From positions 1-64,000 of the forward strand of contig NMRA01000222.1 of NCBI GenBank assembly GCA_002633005.1: 64,000 nt of DNA, given 5' to 3'. The translations under genes and the position numbers were made by a program. This DNA comes from Phoronis australis (lineage: Eukaryota > Animalia > Phoronida). This document shows positions 53,001 to 64,000 of the stretch, in pieces. Every line of letters starts with the position of its first letter. The first letter of the stretch is position 1. The notes beneath the pieces are model-generated. The model was not told where the DNA came from. It searched no databases and saw only the letters and a list, made by a program, of their open reading frames with translations.

Positions 53001-56000
53001 TGGCATGATGTTAACATGAACCAAGAGGGTATGCACTGGCATTTGGTAATTGCTCTGAAGCAATTTCTGGAAATTTGGATTTGGGCTAAATTAGGAGTCA
53101 GAAAACAATAGGGTGATAGTAAGGTAATAATCACTATGATGGTGCGATTTAGTTATGTAACCCTTTCATTATAAACATTGCACCTGTAAACGGATGAGTA
53201 GGTTAAAGGCAAGAATGTGTTTATTAATGGGCGGCCTGTAGGTGTACACTCGGAGTGAAGGAGACTCGGGCTGCGCCAGAACAGGGTAAACGAACATGGC
53301 GAAAGTGGATTAGGGGATTACGCTTTAGCAGGAATTTTTACATTGAATAATATTTGTTGCGTCTAAGGTTCATTTTCATGATAAATAACAATTACCTTGC
53401 ATCACGCGTAGGCTAAGAGTCAACTCCGCTCGGTGTTCCTGTTGTAGACTGGCCGCCTTCTAGGGGGACGTCCACCGATGTAGGCCCAAACCCTTTGAAG
53501 GGGCTTTGTGTTTTAGCACTATGCCCCTATCAAGATGAAAGCAACAAACTTCGAAGCTCTGATAAATGATGATGGTCCGAACTACTCACTGTCGAACCAG
53601 AACCGCCTATGCCAGTAGAACACTAAAATTTGACCACCATGGAGAATGACATAAGCCACTTTTTTAACTTTGAAAAATGACCGGAGGTCAATTGAGCCGA
53701 GACAAGTTTCGTATATGAAATGGAAATTTACTTTTTAATAGTTTAAAGCGAACTTCCCATGCAAACTGCGTGTTTCACTAAAATGTCACAATTTTACGGC
53801 ACTTTTACGCTTAGTTTTAGCGAAGAAATAACCCTAGAATTATGTCTGGTCGCAAGTCTCTGTTTAGACTCTGTTAAGTATCTTGAATCACAGCTGATTG
53901 AAAGTGTACCCTAATTAGACGGCTTCTTTTCTTGCGTGTGTTTCAGTTGTTATGGCTCCCTGGAAGGGAACGAATGGCAAAGCCTTTTACGTTGATGGCG
54001 GAGTTCTGTGTAACTTCCCTATCCACGTGTTTGATGGTAAGATTTACGGTATATTATGTGAAAGTATTAATTTCTGGTAATAACAGCCATTCCGTGAGAA
54101 AACCAAAAGAAATAGAAAACGTTGTACAGGTCATATCTCACATTCAGTTTACGCTTTGTGTGTGTGATCATGGTGTAGCTCTGATACAAAAATTACCAGT
54201 TTTGCACTTATTTACTTTTTAACTATTTATCTTCAAAGGGTCATAAAGAAAATGACAAGTTTTTGCATACCGAAAACAAAAAAGAAATTTTCCAATATGA
54301 AAGATAAGTAGATTGCATGCAACAAGAGAAAATACATAACGTGATTAGTAAGTGAGACATAAGGACTCCCAAATAAAATTGACACAAACAAATTCTATGT
54401 CAGCCATATCAAATAAGGAAACGTGCTTGCCTTGTGGGAGAAAAATCGACGAAGTGGTGAGCAGTTGACTGGTCATTTTTTGAAATTTGGTACTAAAAGA
54501 AAATGCTTTGATATGTTTAGAAGTCAAAATTCCAAACCCTCAGAATACGTGATGAGCAGGTTCAATTTTGTTTCAGTGGCAGAGAACCACTTTCAATATT
54601 GCAATTTAGGCTGTTGATAACGTCTCAGACCTCTTTAAGGAGGAACGCCTTTATGGTACCCGGTCGCACTGGTATCATGTCCGCTTTCATGGTTAATGTG
54701 ATTTTGGTTGTGTATGAACAACTGAAAATTTTTAAAGCACATTCTAAGTTATTTACTGTGGTAAAAGGTTGTTGAGATAACTTTGCAAGATGTAAGCATT
54801 AGTTACAGTGATAATTTAAAGACCGTGCGTCCACTATTTTTATCTCTTACGGGATTGTCGGAATTAAGCACATGCAGCTATGTTACATGTAAATACTTCA
54901 GTAAAAACGAGAAGGAATTCTAAAACGGTAGAATCGGCGAAAGCTGACTTGCACGGTATAAAATGATAGACGTGTATGCGATTTAGGATCATTTGACAAA
55001 TGAAAAATAGCCGGTCAAATAGACACAACTACGAAAACACACTAGTTGAGATATGTACTGAGGGTTTTGCCACCTGCGATAATATTCAAAACATAATTCC
55101 ATCATCGCGCCTCTGAATTTCGGTTACGGACCAGCAGTCATCAATTCTGTATCATGAATCCCGAGACCCGCGTCTCTATAATTCACGTACTCGCCGAAAA
55201 TGTGCATTACACGGTCCCGAACTTCATTCCCGAGGACCAGATTCTATTGCCGTGACTCCAAGTATCAGTTACGGACGGGAGTCAAGGCCGTGGAATATGG
55301 TCCGGAGTTTGCAAATTGGTGACTATGTATGGAGCAGTTTAGGTGCGATTGTATACACGTTTTTCAAGCACACAGAATAAAAAGTAAAATATAAACAGCG
55401 AGTAGCCCATGGCTCATGTTGTTTTTAGCTTTCACACTCTTGTATTTCCTTTAAAATCCGTGACTGCAATGCAAATTCACATTAACTTTTATGATATCCA
55501 TTTTACTGGCTTGGTTAAAAAGAGCTCAAAATGCGTTACCTTAAGTACATTCGGAAGTTGACGTGGTTCAGACAATACTAATCTCGTTCCTCGCCGACAT
55601 TGACCAGTTGCTGAGATAGTAATGACGACATTTTTACTACAAATCACGAGTTAAAAGAGATTGGAATAGGCCAGTTCCTGCTAGGAGCTACGTGTAATCT
55701 TTTAAAACTTCTTCCAAGAAAATCCTCGTCAACAGCTAATCCAGGAATAGGTCCACGCTGCACCCACATATCATGCAACTACACATTGTATTTCATATTT
55801 ATATGTGACAATATATAGAACTACTACTCAAAGGAGTTACCATTTTAGGTTGGTATCTGTCGATGGACCCAAAGGACTCATTTTTTCGTCGGCTACCAGA
55901 GGGTAAAAAGAGTTGGTTCAACACTTTCAACGAAAAAACGTTGGGTATTTGCGTGGTAAATATAACGATGTATCATTGCATCACATTTCTCTCTGATTAT

Positions 56001-59000
56001 GGCCTGTAAATCTACACGTCCGTTTACTTGACAGGTCGCTTTCCTTACTGAACAGCGTCGAAAACAAACTCGTTTAATCGGTAACAGGCCGTGGATATCA
56101 CATACCCGGCGATTCACTGTCTCTTTTCCAAGTTTTCAAAAAGTAAACGATTGTCCGTTAATATTACCCTGAACATGTGTTTATTGTTTTTTTTTGAAAA
56201 TATATTATTTGGTTGGAAAAAAAGATCTGTATCGGTGATTGCCGCTGTCTAGAAACGCTTAGTTTACGCGTAGGATAATTCTGTAACTCAGTTTACTGTC
56301 GTTGCTACTTATGACTTTTATGTACTACATGTAGATGGGGATGGACCTGAAACACTTTCTGACGTCTGTGACAAGAGGGGGGTGGGGTGGGGGTGGGGAG
56401 TCAATAGTTTCCATGTAGGTCTACGGTGCACGTGCTTATTTGGAAGAGTGGTCTGCGTGAATATCGATTCATTTCAGCACGAGACGGGTGAGGTGGATAA
56501 AATGATAATGAGCGGGAAAGCTAAATGTCACGAGATAGAAGTTAAGAGACCTAACACTCCACAAGCACGGTAAAAATTTTTTTTCGTCCTCACGTCAGTT
56601 TTAGTCATCCGAAAGGGTGGTAAAAATCTTCTTAATTCGGAGGGGTTAGTTTGTTTGTTGAAGAAGTATATTTGCACTGCTGAAGGACAGCCTTGAGCAA
56701 GCCGAATGAATCCACACCCAGTCTCTATTTTACATGACGTTACATGTGTTCTGAGAACACTGCAATTAAGATGAAATACTGCATAGCTAGCCACAATGTA
56801 CATTGTACACCAAAGAAACTATGTATACGTAAAAACCTGCTTTGACACCAAGTTTGCATTTGCAGTGAAAAAGGAAAGGTCTGTGACGACCAGTTGAAAA
56901 GTATGGATGACAAAGCTAAACTGTGCAATGCTGTTAATGTCATCCTGCAAAATGTTGGGAAGTTTGACAAAGACGGGTCAGGTGCCTTGAGAAAAGAGGA
57001 ATGGCTGGCTTCATTGAACAGTGTAAGTACGAAAATGCACACGTCTTTGATATGGCGAGACGGATAGCCAGCTGCCTCAATGAACGTAACCTAAGCAGGT
57101 GTCGCACAGCTAAATGTAGTTAATTTCATGGGATTAAATCGCAGCTTTAACTCGTTATGACATACATTAGTCAGGGAGCCCGGGGGCTGAACCTGGATTT
57201 GCTGGATAAAACTTTTTCGTTGCAGTTTCATGTAGCCCTGGGTTAAATGAACATCATTTGTTGGGGAGTGTCGTGGTCATATGCAACCCATGAGCATTTT
57301 TAAGCATGCAAATTAAAGCTGTCATTATGCAAAATTCTATTCTTATAATTTCCTTAACAGGCACTTCAGGTAGATTTTTTTGTCGTTTTCACCCATGTCA
57401 CCATGGTCAGCAAATTGAATAATGCAACTTTTGTTTGGTGGATACATTGTATATTTGCAGAGTTTATGCACATTAAAGCTGCCATTATTCAAAGCTCTAT
57501 TTGTTCGTTCAGCTACGGTACCGGGCACTACAGGTGAACTATCATGATAGTTGCATCCATATTCTTATGATCAATTACTATATTGTAATCAGTTTGCAAG
57601 TTGTTGCATGAAAAATTGCCTAGTTTGTCCAAATAAAGGCGACCTGTTTTTGCTCATAGTTTTCCTACAAGGGCAACATGTAAGAAGTTATTTTGGTATT
57701 TGTACTGGTGAATTTAATAACTGTTATTGCATTACAAATTTAAATAAGTTGTAATTTATTACAGACAATTCAATTTCCAATTTTTTCTGATACCCAGGGT
57801 AGATCTAATAGATAGCCAGAACAAAAGGCTATCCAGTAGGGCACAGTCACGAGATGTTTCAAATGTCAATTCAAGATTCAGGACGTATGTACATGTACAA
57901 CACTATGTAACTTGCATTAATAAAAACAACGAGATTTTTCAACTTCAGCCTGTTTCGATCTCTCAAACATCTTCATCTCGATACCTACAGGTACATGTAC
58001 TCATATGCACAAGGTTCACAGCCTGGTAAACTTTATGGTGTACCCCAAATGCACAAATGTGGAGACAATTCCATAGCGGAGTTGCAACGCCGCCATATTG
58101 GAAATGGGTCAGAATGTTGCATTGTGGTTAATGGGGTATTCTTCAGTAAACAAATACGTCGGCAAGCGTGGGGGCGAACCGGCCACAGGGAGGTTATACA
58201 TGTACGTGTTGTGTGGCTGGCTGCTATAATACCAGTTAGCGAGATAAAGAATTTAGTTACTACCTGTTTCCCAAGGATCAAGAACTGCGTTAAACATGGG
58301 TCAGACAAATCGGTAGAGCTGGTAGCACAGACCGACTTAGTGAATTCTATCCAACTTCGTAGCATAAAGTATGCAGCACTCATTTTGAGGGCGGCAAGAA
58401 AACGTATCTTGGAAACTGCCCAACAATATTTCCCTTGAAAGAAACAGTAACAAATACTCCATGGCGGATGGTAGTGAAAAAAAAATTGTTTTCGCTTGAC
58501 CAGAACCAAGCCAACATCTCCATTTAGATCTATTACGCAAGGCATGTATTGTATCTTGTGTGAACACATACAATTTTACAAATACCCCAGTGAACTACTC
58601 AAGCCCCATATTAATGAAGATTACACAGCAGGCGTGTGTTCAGTAGACGCTAGGACCTACGCTGGGACCTACCGAAAACCTAGTCAAAGTCACGTGTTCT
58701 CATTTAAAATACACGGCAATTTGTTCTTGCTTTTTAGCGAGGTCCTAGGGTTACTGAACGGGAGGCAGGTGATACTTTTTCTTTTGCTTCTGAGTTCAAA
58801 AGTCTTACTTAACCGGTTCGTGACCTGTCTGTTTATCAACTTGCCTGCTAGAGAGTAACCCAGATGCCAAATTTACTCGTGAAGAACTCACAGAACTATT
58901 GAAATTTGCAACGAACAAAACCCATTTTTGGAAGGATCGATGCTGGTATCTACTTTTTGGCAGATTCGTGCAATATCCTTGGCATCTGCTTCCAGACGTG

Positions 59001-62000
59001 CTTTTCTTTCACATGTGTGATAGGTCCGAGTACAAGATGCAATATTATCGCTCTCCATCTCTCCAATTAAGACATGTTTCAATCTTGCGGGACAAGTGGC
59101 AAGTTGTGCCCAAAGCTCAAGAGTATCTTCTTTGAGGGCACTTTCCTTCCAACGTTCGAAATACACGCTGTACCGATGGCTCGGGGCCAGTGTATTTGCG
59201 ACCGGGCCAGTAAACTTTCACCTATAGGCCCTACATGTATGTTTATGTAGTCTCACATTCAAGTAACTGGCCCAGCGGGCCAGCAAATTTATTTGCTGAA
59301 GGTCGAGCACTGTTCCCTACTATGCCCCCAGTGCTATGCCCGTACCTCATGAATGTGGTACCTATAAGGTACCTAAACTGTGGCACGGTTAACGGACGCA
59401 CGAACACGACTCACGGATTTGCAAACACCGTCCACTGACTCACAAACACGGGAACGGACGAACAAAACACGGTCCATTCACCCAAATACACGGGACACGG
59501 ACTCACATTCACGAAGAAACACGGTTAACGGACCGCCAAACACTGTGACGGTTTCCGGACAAAATGTAAATGTCAGCTGACCCAGGAAGCCGATGAGTCC
59601 GTGACCCGTGTTTGGCGGTCCGTTAACCGTGTTTCCTCGTGAACATGAGTCCGTGTCCCGTGTATTTGGGTGAATGGATCGTGTTTTCTGAGTCCGTTCC
59701 CGTGTTTGTGAGTCAGTGGACGGTGTTTGCAGGTCCGTGAGTCGTGTTCATGCGCCCGTGACCATGATGAGTCCGTTAACCGTGTAGTTTAGGTACCTTG
59801 TAAACTGATCGCTCCGAGTCCCATTCAAGCGTTCACCCAGCTCTAATCTGGGGGTTTTCAGTTTGCGGGAGTTGGACAGCAGTCAATATCTTTTTGAAAT
59901 TAGGTTTAGCAAATACAGACGCTGAAGTTGGCTAATAGTGAAATATATCAAATAAGCAGAAAAATCATTAACCCCAATTGGGAATCGAACTACAGGTCTC
60001 TAGATTGTCAGTCTAATGCTTTTAGTGGTAAGAAACATGAGTGCATACCTTGAAATAGTTTACCTTTGATGCCTGCTTCTTCAGTTACAAGCACAAGTAG
60101 AACTTTGAATAATGGCGGCCTTATTTTGCATATGAAAATTCACGACGTATCCCCCTAGAATGCTTGCACTGTTCAATTCGATGACAATGGAAACATGGCT
60201 TAAACATCAAAATAATCTTAATGGAGTGCTTGGTAAGGAAATCATGAGCAAAAATAAAATTTTGCATAATGGCGGCCTTAATCAGCATATTTAAAAAATG
60301 CTCGAGAGTTGCGAATGGTCATCCTCTTAAATCATGATTACTTAGGCCTATGCCTAGGCTACATAAGAAAACAAAAGAACTATATCCAGCAAATCCTGGT
60401 TAAGTTTAAAACAGTCTTTGGCTGCCGGGCTATATTCTTGCACTCAACGCGTGCTGTTGCTCGGGCAACAAGTTGTGTCATTGTGGACTGCATTTATTGT
60501 TGTCATGCCAGGCACACGGACAGTTATGCCTATATGAAGCCGCGTGCGGCAACATATTCCACAACATCCAGCTCACTTAGAATGAAGTCAAGTAAAGTTG
60601 CATGGTACACTACTCTGCTTTACCTGTTTATTGGTTGTTTCAACCTAATCCTCAGAGCATACATGTAAGACAAGACTTATCATAACTTTGCTTACGCAGG
60701 GAGACCGGGAATTGGAAGCTGCCTACAAAACAGTGTTTGGAGACAACGCTGTACCGGAGGAAATTCTGAAACAAGTGAATGCTGGTGAAGAGGTAGTCCA
60801 CGTTACTTTGAGACGTCCACAACGCTTTAGTGTTCTTGATAGTTTGGCATAGTAGAAGAGTCATGTGAATCAAAAATAAGCCACGCTATTGCATGGCAGC
60901 ACGGCCAAAAGAATTTCACATTTGCTTTGAAATCAAGCCACAGGGTGAGTGCTTTCATGTGCCAACTCGAGATGTTACTTTTTACGCAATTACGAGTTTA
61001 TACATATTCCCAGCCCGACTGTTTGTTTCCTCCCGTCACAGTAACACCGTATTCCTTTCCGGTCGCTCATTGACACTGAGCACTTGTAGACTTATTAGTT
61101 TTGAAAACCTGTGGTTGAGTTTCTGACTTGTCGTTTGTTTTTTCAGTTTGATTTCGAAATGTTTGCTAAATACGTGGAGAGTCACAATGACATCTCGATA
61201 TGTGAGGTGAAGGAAAGCGTCTCTCTCCTACCCGTGTCAAATTTCATGGAGTTCATGTCGGCGCTCTTGCACACTTGGCAAAACGGAAATGCAAACAGAT
61301 TTTTCTCGGTAAGTATACACGATAAAGGTTTTCACGATTTCCGTATAATGCTTTGAAAGGTCTGTGAGGATTACGTGCTGAGCGTTTTGAGTCCTGCTGC
61401 GTCAAACATCTCTCCTACGCACATTGCCCTACTCACCATTCAGCTTTTAGCTACAATTTGGAGCCCAGCGCAAAATAGGGGCCCCATCGTTCTTCCAGAG
61501 CTATTCAAAGCCTGTTGCAACTGGGGGAATCCCGAAATCCCGATGGCTGATCTAAAAAAGCTAGGGAGTCATAATAATTAGGAATTTGTCCTTAAATTAG
61601 GGGCGTTGCATGAAAAGATCCCTACTTATTTTGATTTACAATGAAAATTCAAATTTCGATTAATAATTTGATGGGGAACTTATTTCACTCGATATAAGCA
61701 TGCAGACTGTACTCTGACGCCACGTGAACCATTCAAAATTCGTTTAGTGGGATCCAGAAATTACCGTACACATTTTCATGGTTTGTCATCTTCACTACGT
61801 TAACACAATTGCTTCGTTGATTTAGGAGCATGATCCCGGGAGAACAATAAGCATATACACGGACTACATTGGATCGCTGGACATCGACATTGAACAACTT
61901 GATCTCGAATTCTTGAAACGGGTATGTTGACGAGTCTACCTTGACGCTCGCGCGCCCTACTCATTCCCAGTGAACTTGGAGCTCGGCGTGCAGCTGACCA

Positions 62001-62639
62001 ACTTTTCTTTCTTCCGTTGTTTTCCTATTTTCCATCACATACTCTTCATTGAAAGAAAATCGTTACCAACAAACCCTGGTTGCAACCATTTTCAAGAAAG
62101 TCCATCTTACCGGTAACTCCGAATTCGGCCACAACCGCTTAAAACACAGCGTTCAGTATAATACTCCGATGGAGGAGTCAGCAATATTTTGGCCTAAGTT
62201 GTGATATGTGTTGCATACAATGTTTAAGTGATTTGAGAGTTGATGGTAAACTAAATGAAAACAAAGGATGTATGTTACAATAAGACCCAGGCATGGCGAT
62301 AGTACCTTGCCAGGTGGACGAGACCTGTCATTCTCAGCCATTCGTTTGGCATGTTAGAAGCATAGGCAATATTGCAAAGTGCATGAGCGAATCTTGGGGT
62401 GAGAGTCATGCCACGAAGGTTTTCCGTTAGGAGTATGAGCACCCTCTCTTTGCAACATCCTAAATCCCCTCATTGAACGGGTTGTTCGCACTCAGGAGCA
62501 GCGAGTACCCAATGCAAACGCCATGTTTTCTTTTGCATGCTATTTGATGATAAATCTATTTTTATTTGTTCTGTTTTTTGTCTTACAGCAGGGTCGACTG
62601 GCCGCAGTCAATTTTCTGAAGCTGGGAGTCAAACACTGA
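46928..62639 (+). CDS. Patatin-like phospholipase with EF-hand insert, copy B (tandem paralog; exon 2 truncated in this assembly)
   Basis: Exons 46928..47083, 47347..~47453 (truncated), 49963..50099, 51876..52011, 53947..54036, 55849..55955, 56478..56569, 56866..57022, 60700..60792, 61147..61308, 61826..61921, 62589..62639. All except exon 2 have the same lengths and phases as copy A and no stops. Confidence 0.85.
47347..47453 (+). CDS. Patatin B coding exon 2, partial (GTSGG retained; last ~35 nt and donor missing)
   Basis: aacag|GTT TTG GAG...CCG CAG NAG AT, then homology to copy A is lost. Confidence 0.75.
49030..49430. repeat. 38-bp G-rich minisatellite in intron 2 (about 2 units in copy A at 13220-13300, more in copy B)
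   Basis: Unit gtgtggtgttagtgatggtggggtatagaggtgggtct. Confidence 0.85.
49963..50099 (+). CDS. Patatin B coding exon 3
   Basis: tgcag|AT GCT AGA...CAG|gtacgt. Confidence 0.88.
50407..51221. mobile_element. Kolobok-like non-autonomous element in intron 3 of copy B
   Basis: agcggta ... taccgct|ttaa termini; a related right end occurs at ~15520-15570. Confidence 0.5.
51876..52011 (+). CDS. Patatin B coding exon 4 (RMSMSIP)
   Basis: tgcag|CTA...CCA G|gtaag. Confidence 0.9.
53947..54036 (+). CDS. Patatin B coding exon 5 (YVDGG)
   Basis: ttcag|TT GTT...GAT G|gtaag. Confidence 0.9.
55849..55955 (+). CDS. Patatin B coding exon 6
   Basis: tttag|GT TGG TAT...GTG|gtaaat. Confidence 0.88.
56478..56569 (+). 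CDS. Patatin B coding exon 7
   Basis: ttcag|CAC GAG ACG...CG|gtaaaa. Confidence 0.86.
56866..57022 (+). CDS. Patatin B coding exon 8 (EF-hand FDKDGSGALRKEEW)
   Basis: tgcag|T GAA...AGT|gtaagt. Confidence 0.88.
59365..59800. mobile_element. Foldback MITE (Tc1/mariner-like, TA target site) with ~180-bp inverted arms
   Basis: ta|taaggtacctaaact...agtttaggtaccttg|ta; the arms are nearly perfect reverse complements. Confidence 0.85.
59973..60030 (-). mobile_element. Degenerate tRNA-derived SINE-like fragment
   Basis: Minus strand reads agcattagactgacaatctagagacctgtagttcgattccca (anticodon-like stem-loop plus B-box). Confidence 0.4.
60700..60792 (+). CDS. Patatin B coding exon 9
   Basis: cgcag|GGA GAC CGG...GAG|gtagtc. 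Confidence 0.86.
61147..61308 (+). CDS. Patatin B coding exon 10
   Basis: ttcag|TTT GAT...TCG|gtaagt. Confidence 0.87.
61826..61921 (+). CDS. Patatin B coding exon 11
   Basis: tttag|GAG CAT...CGG|gtatgt. Confidence 0.88.
62589..62639 (+). CDS. Patatin B coding exon 12 (QGRLAAVNFLKLGVKH*)
   Basis: tacag|CAG...TGA. Confidence 0.87.
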   Translation, partial: QGRLAAVNFLKLGVKH

Positions 62640-64000
62640 GGCTTGAAACAAACGACAGATACACGAACATTGTTCGTCATAAAATTAATTGATACGTTAC
62701 ATACATGTGAAACTACTGGAGTTAAAGAAGCATGGAAAGCGAAAGTTCGTCACAGATATATTTCAAACAATTCTTGATTAAAGTACCATATCGCAACGCA
62801 CAGTACAAAGTTATTTACTTTCCCCTTTGCTGGAATTTCCAGAAAATTCACAAAATTCCATGACTTTTGAAATACGAACTCAGAAAAAACTCTAGTATCT
62901 AATCTCACTTCCACTTAAATGAATGCGCGCATGCTCTCACCTTCATTCTACAACTGCTGAGTTACAAGATGGAAATAAGCGGCAGATTATCTTGTGTGAT
63001 TTCACTCCAAATCTGAGGTCAACAGCACAATACGATGAACAGGTCACATTTTCCACATAAGGGAAATGTGCCAAGTCTATGTCTTTCCATACCAAATAAG
63101 GAGACGTGCTTTGCCTTGAGAGAAAAATTGACGAAGTGACAGCCAGGCAATAGATCGTTTTTTTTTAAGATTTGAAATTAAAATAAATAAAAATGTTTTG
63201 ACATTCACAGAATTTCAGAATCTTTACGAACAAACCCTAAAAATACTTGGCGAGCAGGTTGAATTCTGTTTCAGTGGTAGAGAACCATTCTGATTAGAGT
63301 ATCTTAGTTTGTTTCTCTTGTTCCAGGTTTCTTAAAATGTAAAAATAGCTATTTTTGCGTCTTAGATTTCTGATAGTATCAGTAAGTATCAACTACAGGT
63401 ACATTTAAGTCACACTGATGGCGCGACGAATAGAAAATGAAACAAAGTTATAAATTTACAACGTCCAGCTTAGTATTTCACATTTAACGAAATGTGTTAA
63501 GTGTGTTGTCAAATAAAGCTATCTACAAAACGTAAAGGTGCTGATAAAATCTCTCACTCTATGTAGGTGAACTGTATTTTTGAAAAAAAGGGTTTTTACT
63601 GCAAGGCTTACTGTGGCAAAACCAACCACAAAATAACCTGTAGAGTGAAAACCGTACTCTTTATTCATTGCACATAAAAACTCCTAGAAACTCATCCTAG
63701 GACTGGAATGCCAACTCCTGCGCGTGGACTAGTGTTTGGGCTTATGACCCCGAGATTTCACGGGAATCAGTACCCGCGAGTGTTTGCACAATGGATTCCG
63801 TGTTGTACGCTCGACTGGGTTTGATTGAGTGTTGTAGTTATCAAATAAAGCCTAATTTCATTCTTTCATTGTTGTTTTGTATTTTTTGGCTGATTGAAGT
63901 TGTCATGTAGACATTGACGCAATTTAGATGCTGAACGAAAATCTGCAGTCACTTTAACAACCTGTCAAGCTGTATGCTAGTAGTTTTTTATTCAACAAAC

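Larger units (their letters stand above)
57177..60431. mobile_element. 3.25-kb composite non-autonomous TIR element in intron 8 of copy B
   Basis: The intron is 423 bp in copy A and 3677 bp in copy B. Long imperfect TIRs: agcccgg..ggatttgctggata / tatccagcaaatcc..ccgggct, and cattatgcaaaatt / aattttgcataatg. Confidence 0.7.
29140..63360 (+). repeat. Tandem segmental duplication, copy B (longer because of extra insertions)
   Basis: Same collinear blocks as copy A, in the same orientation. Confidence 0.8.

Noticed and set aside
57995-58569. Overlapping 147-aa and 178-aa ORFs
   Set aside because: They lie inside a transposon insertion and show no recognisable domain or exon structure.

Overview
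This is eukaryotic, intron-rich and repeat-rich genomic scaffold with five N-gaps. It looks like a marine invertebrate, possibly a hemichordate or cephalochordate (inference from repeat style and gene content). The window opens with the last coding exon of a class II CPD photolyase. The rest is a tandem duplication (about 5.3-27.3 kb and 29.1-63.4 kb). Each copy carries a gene of 12 coding exons, reconstructed by hand from GT-AG sites and phases, for a patatin-family phospholipase (472 aa in copy A). The protein has ExoU/VipD-like motifs (GGGVKA, GTSGG, RMSMSIP, YVDGG), a predicted N-myristoylation start (MGNTPS/MGNTLS) and an EF-hand insert after the catalytic Asp. Copy A is a complete open frame. 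Copy B lacks the 3' end of coding exon 2 at an N base, either by pseudogenisation or an assembly join. Introns and intergenic DNA hold many MITEs and non-autonomous DNA transposons, a THAP remnant, tRNA-derived SINE-like heads and mini/microsatellites. Most ORFs in the supplied track are spurious.
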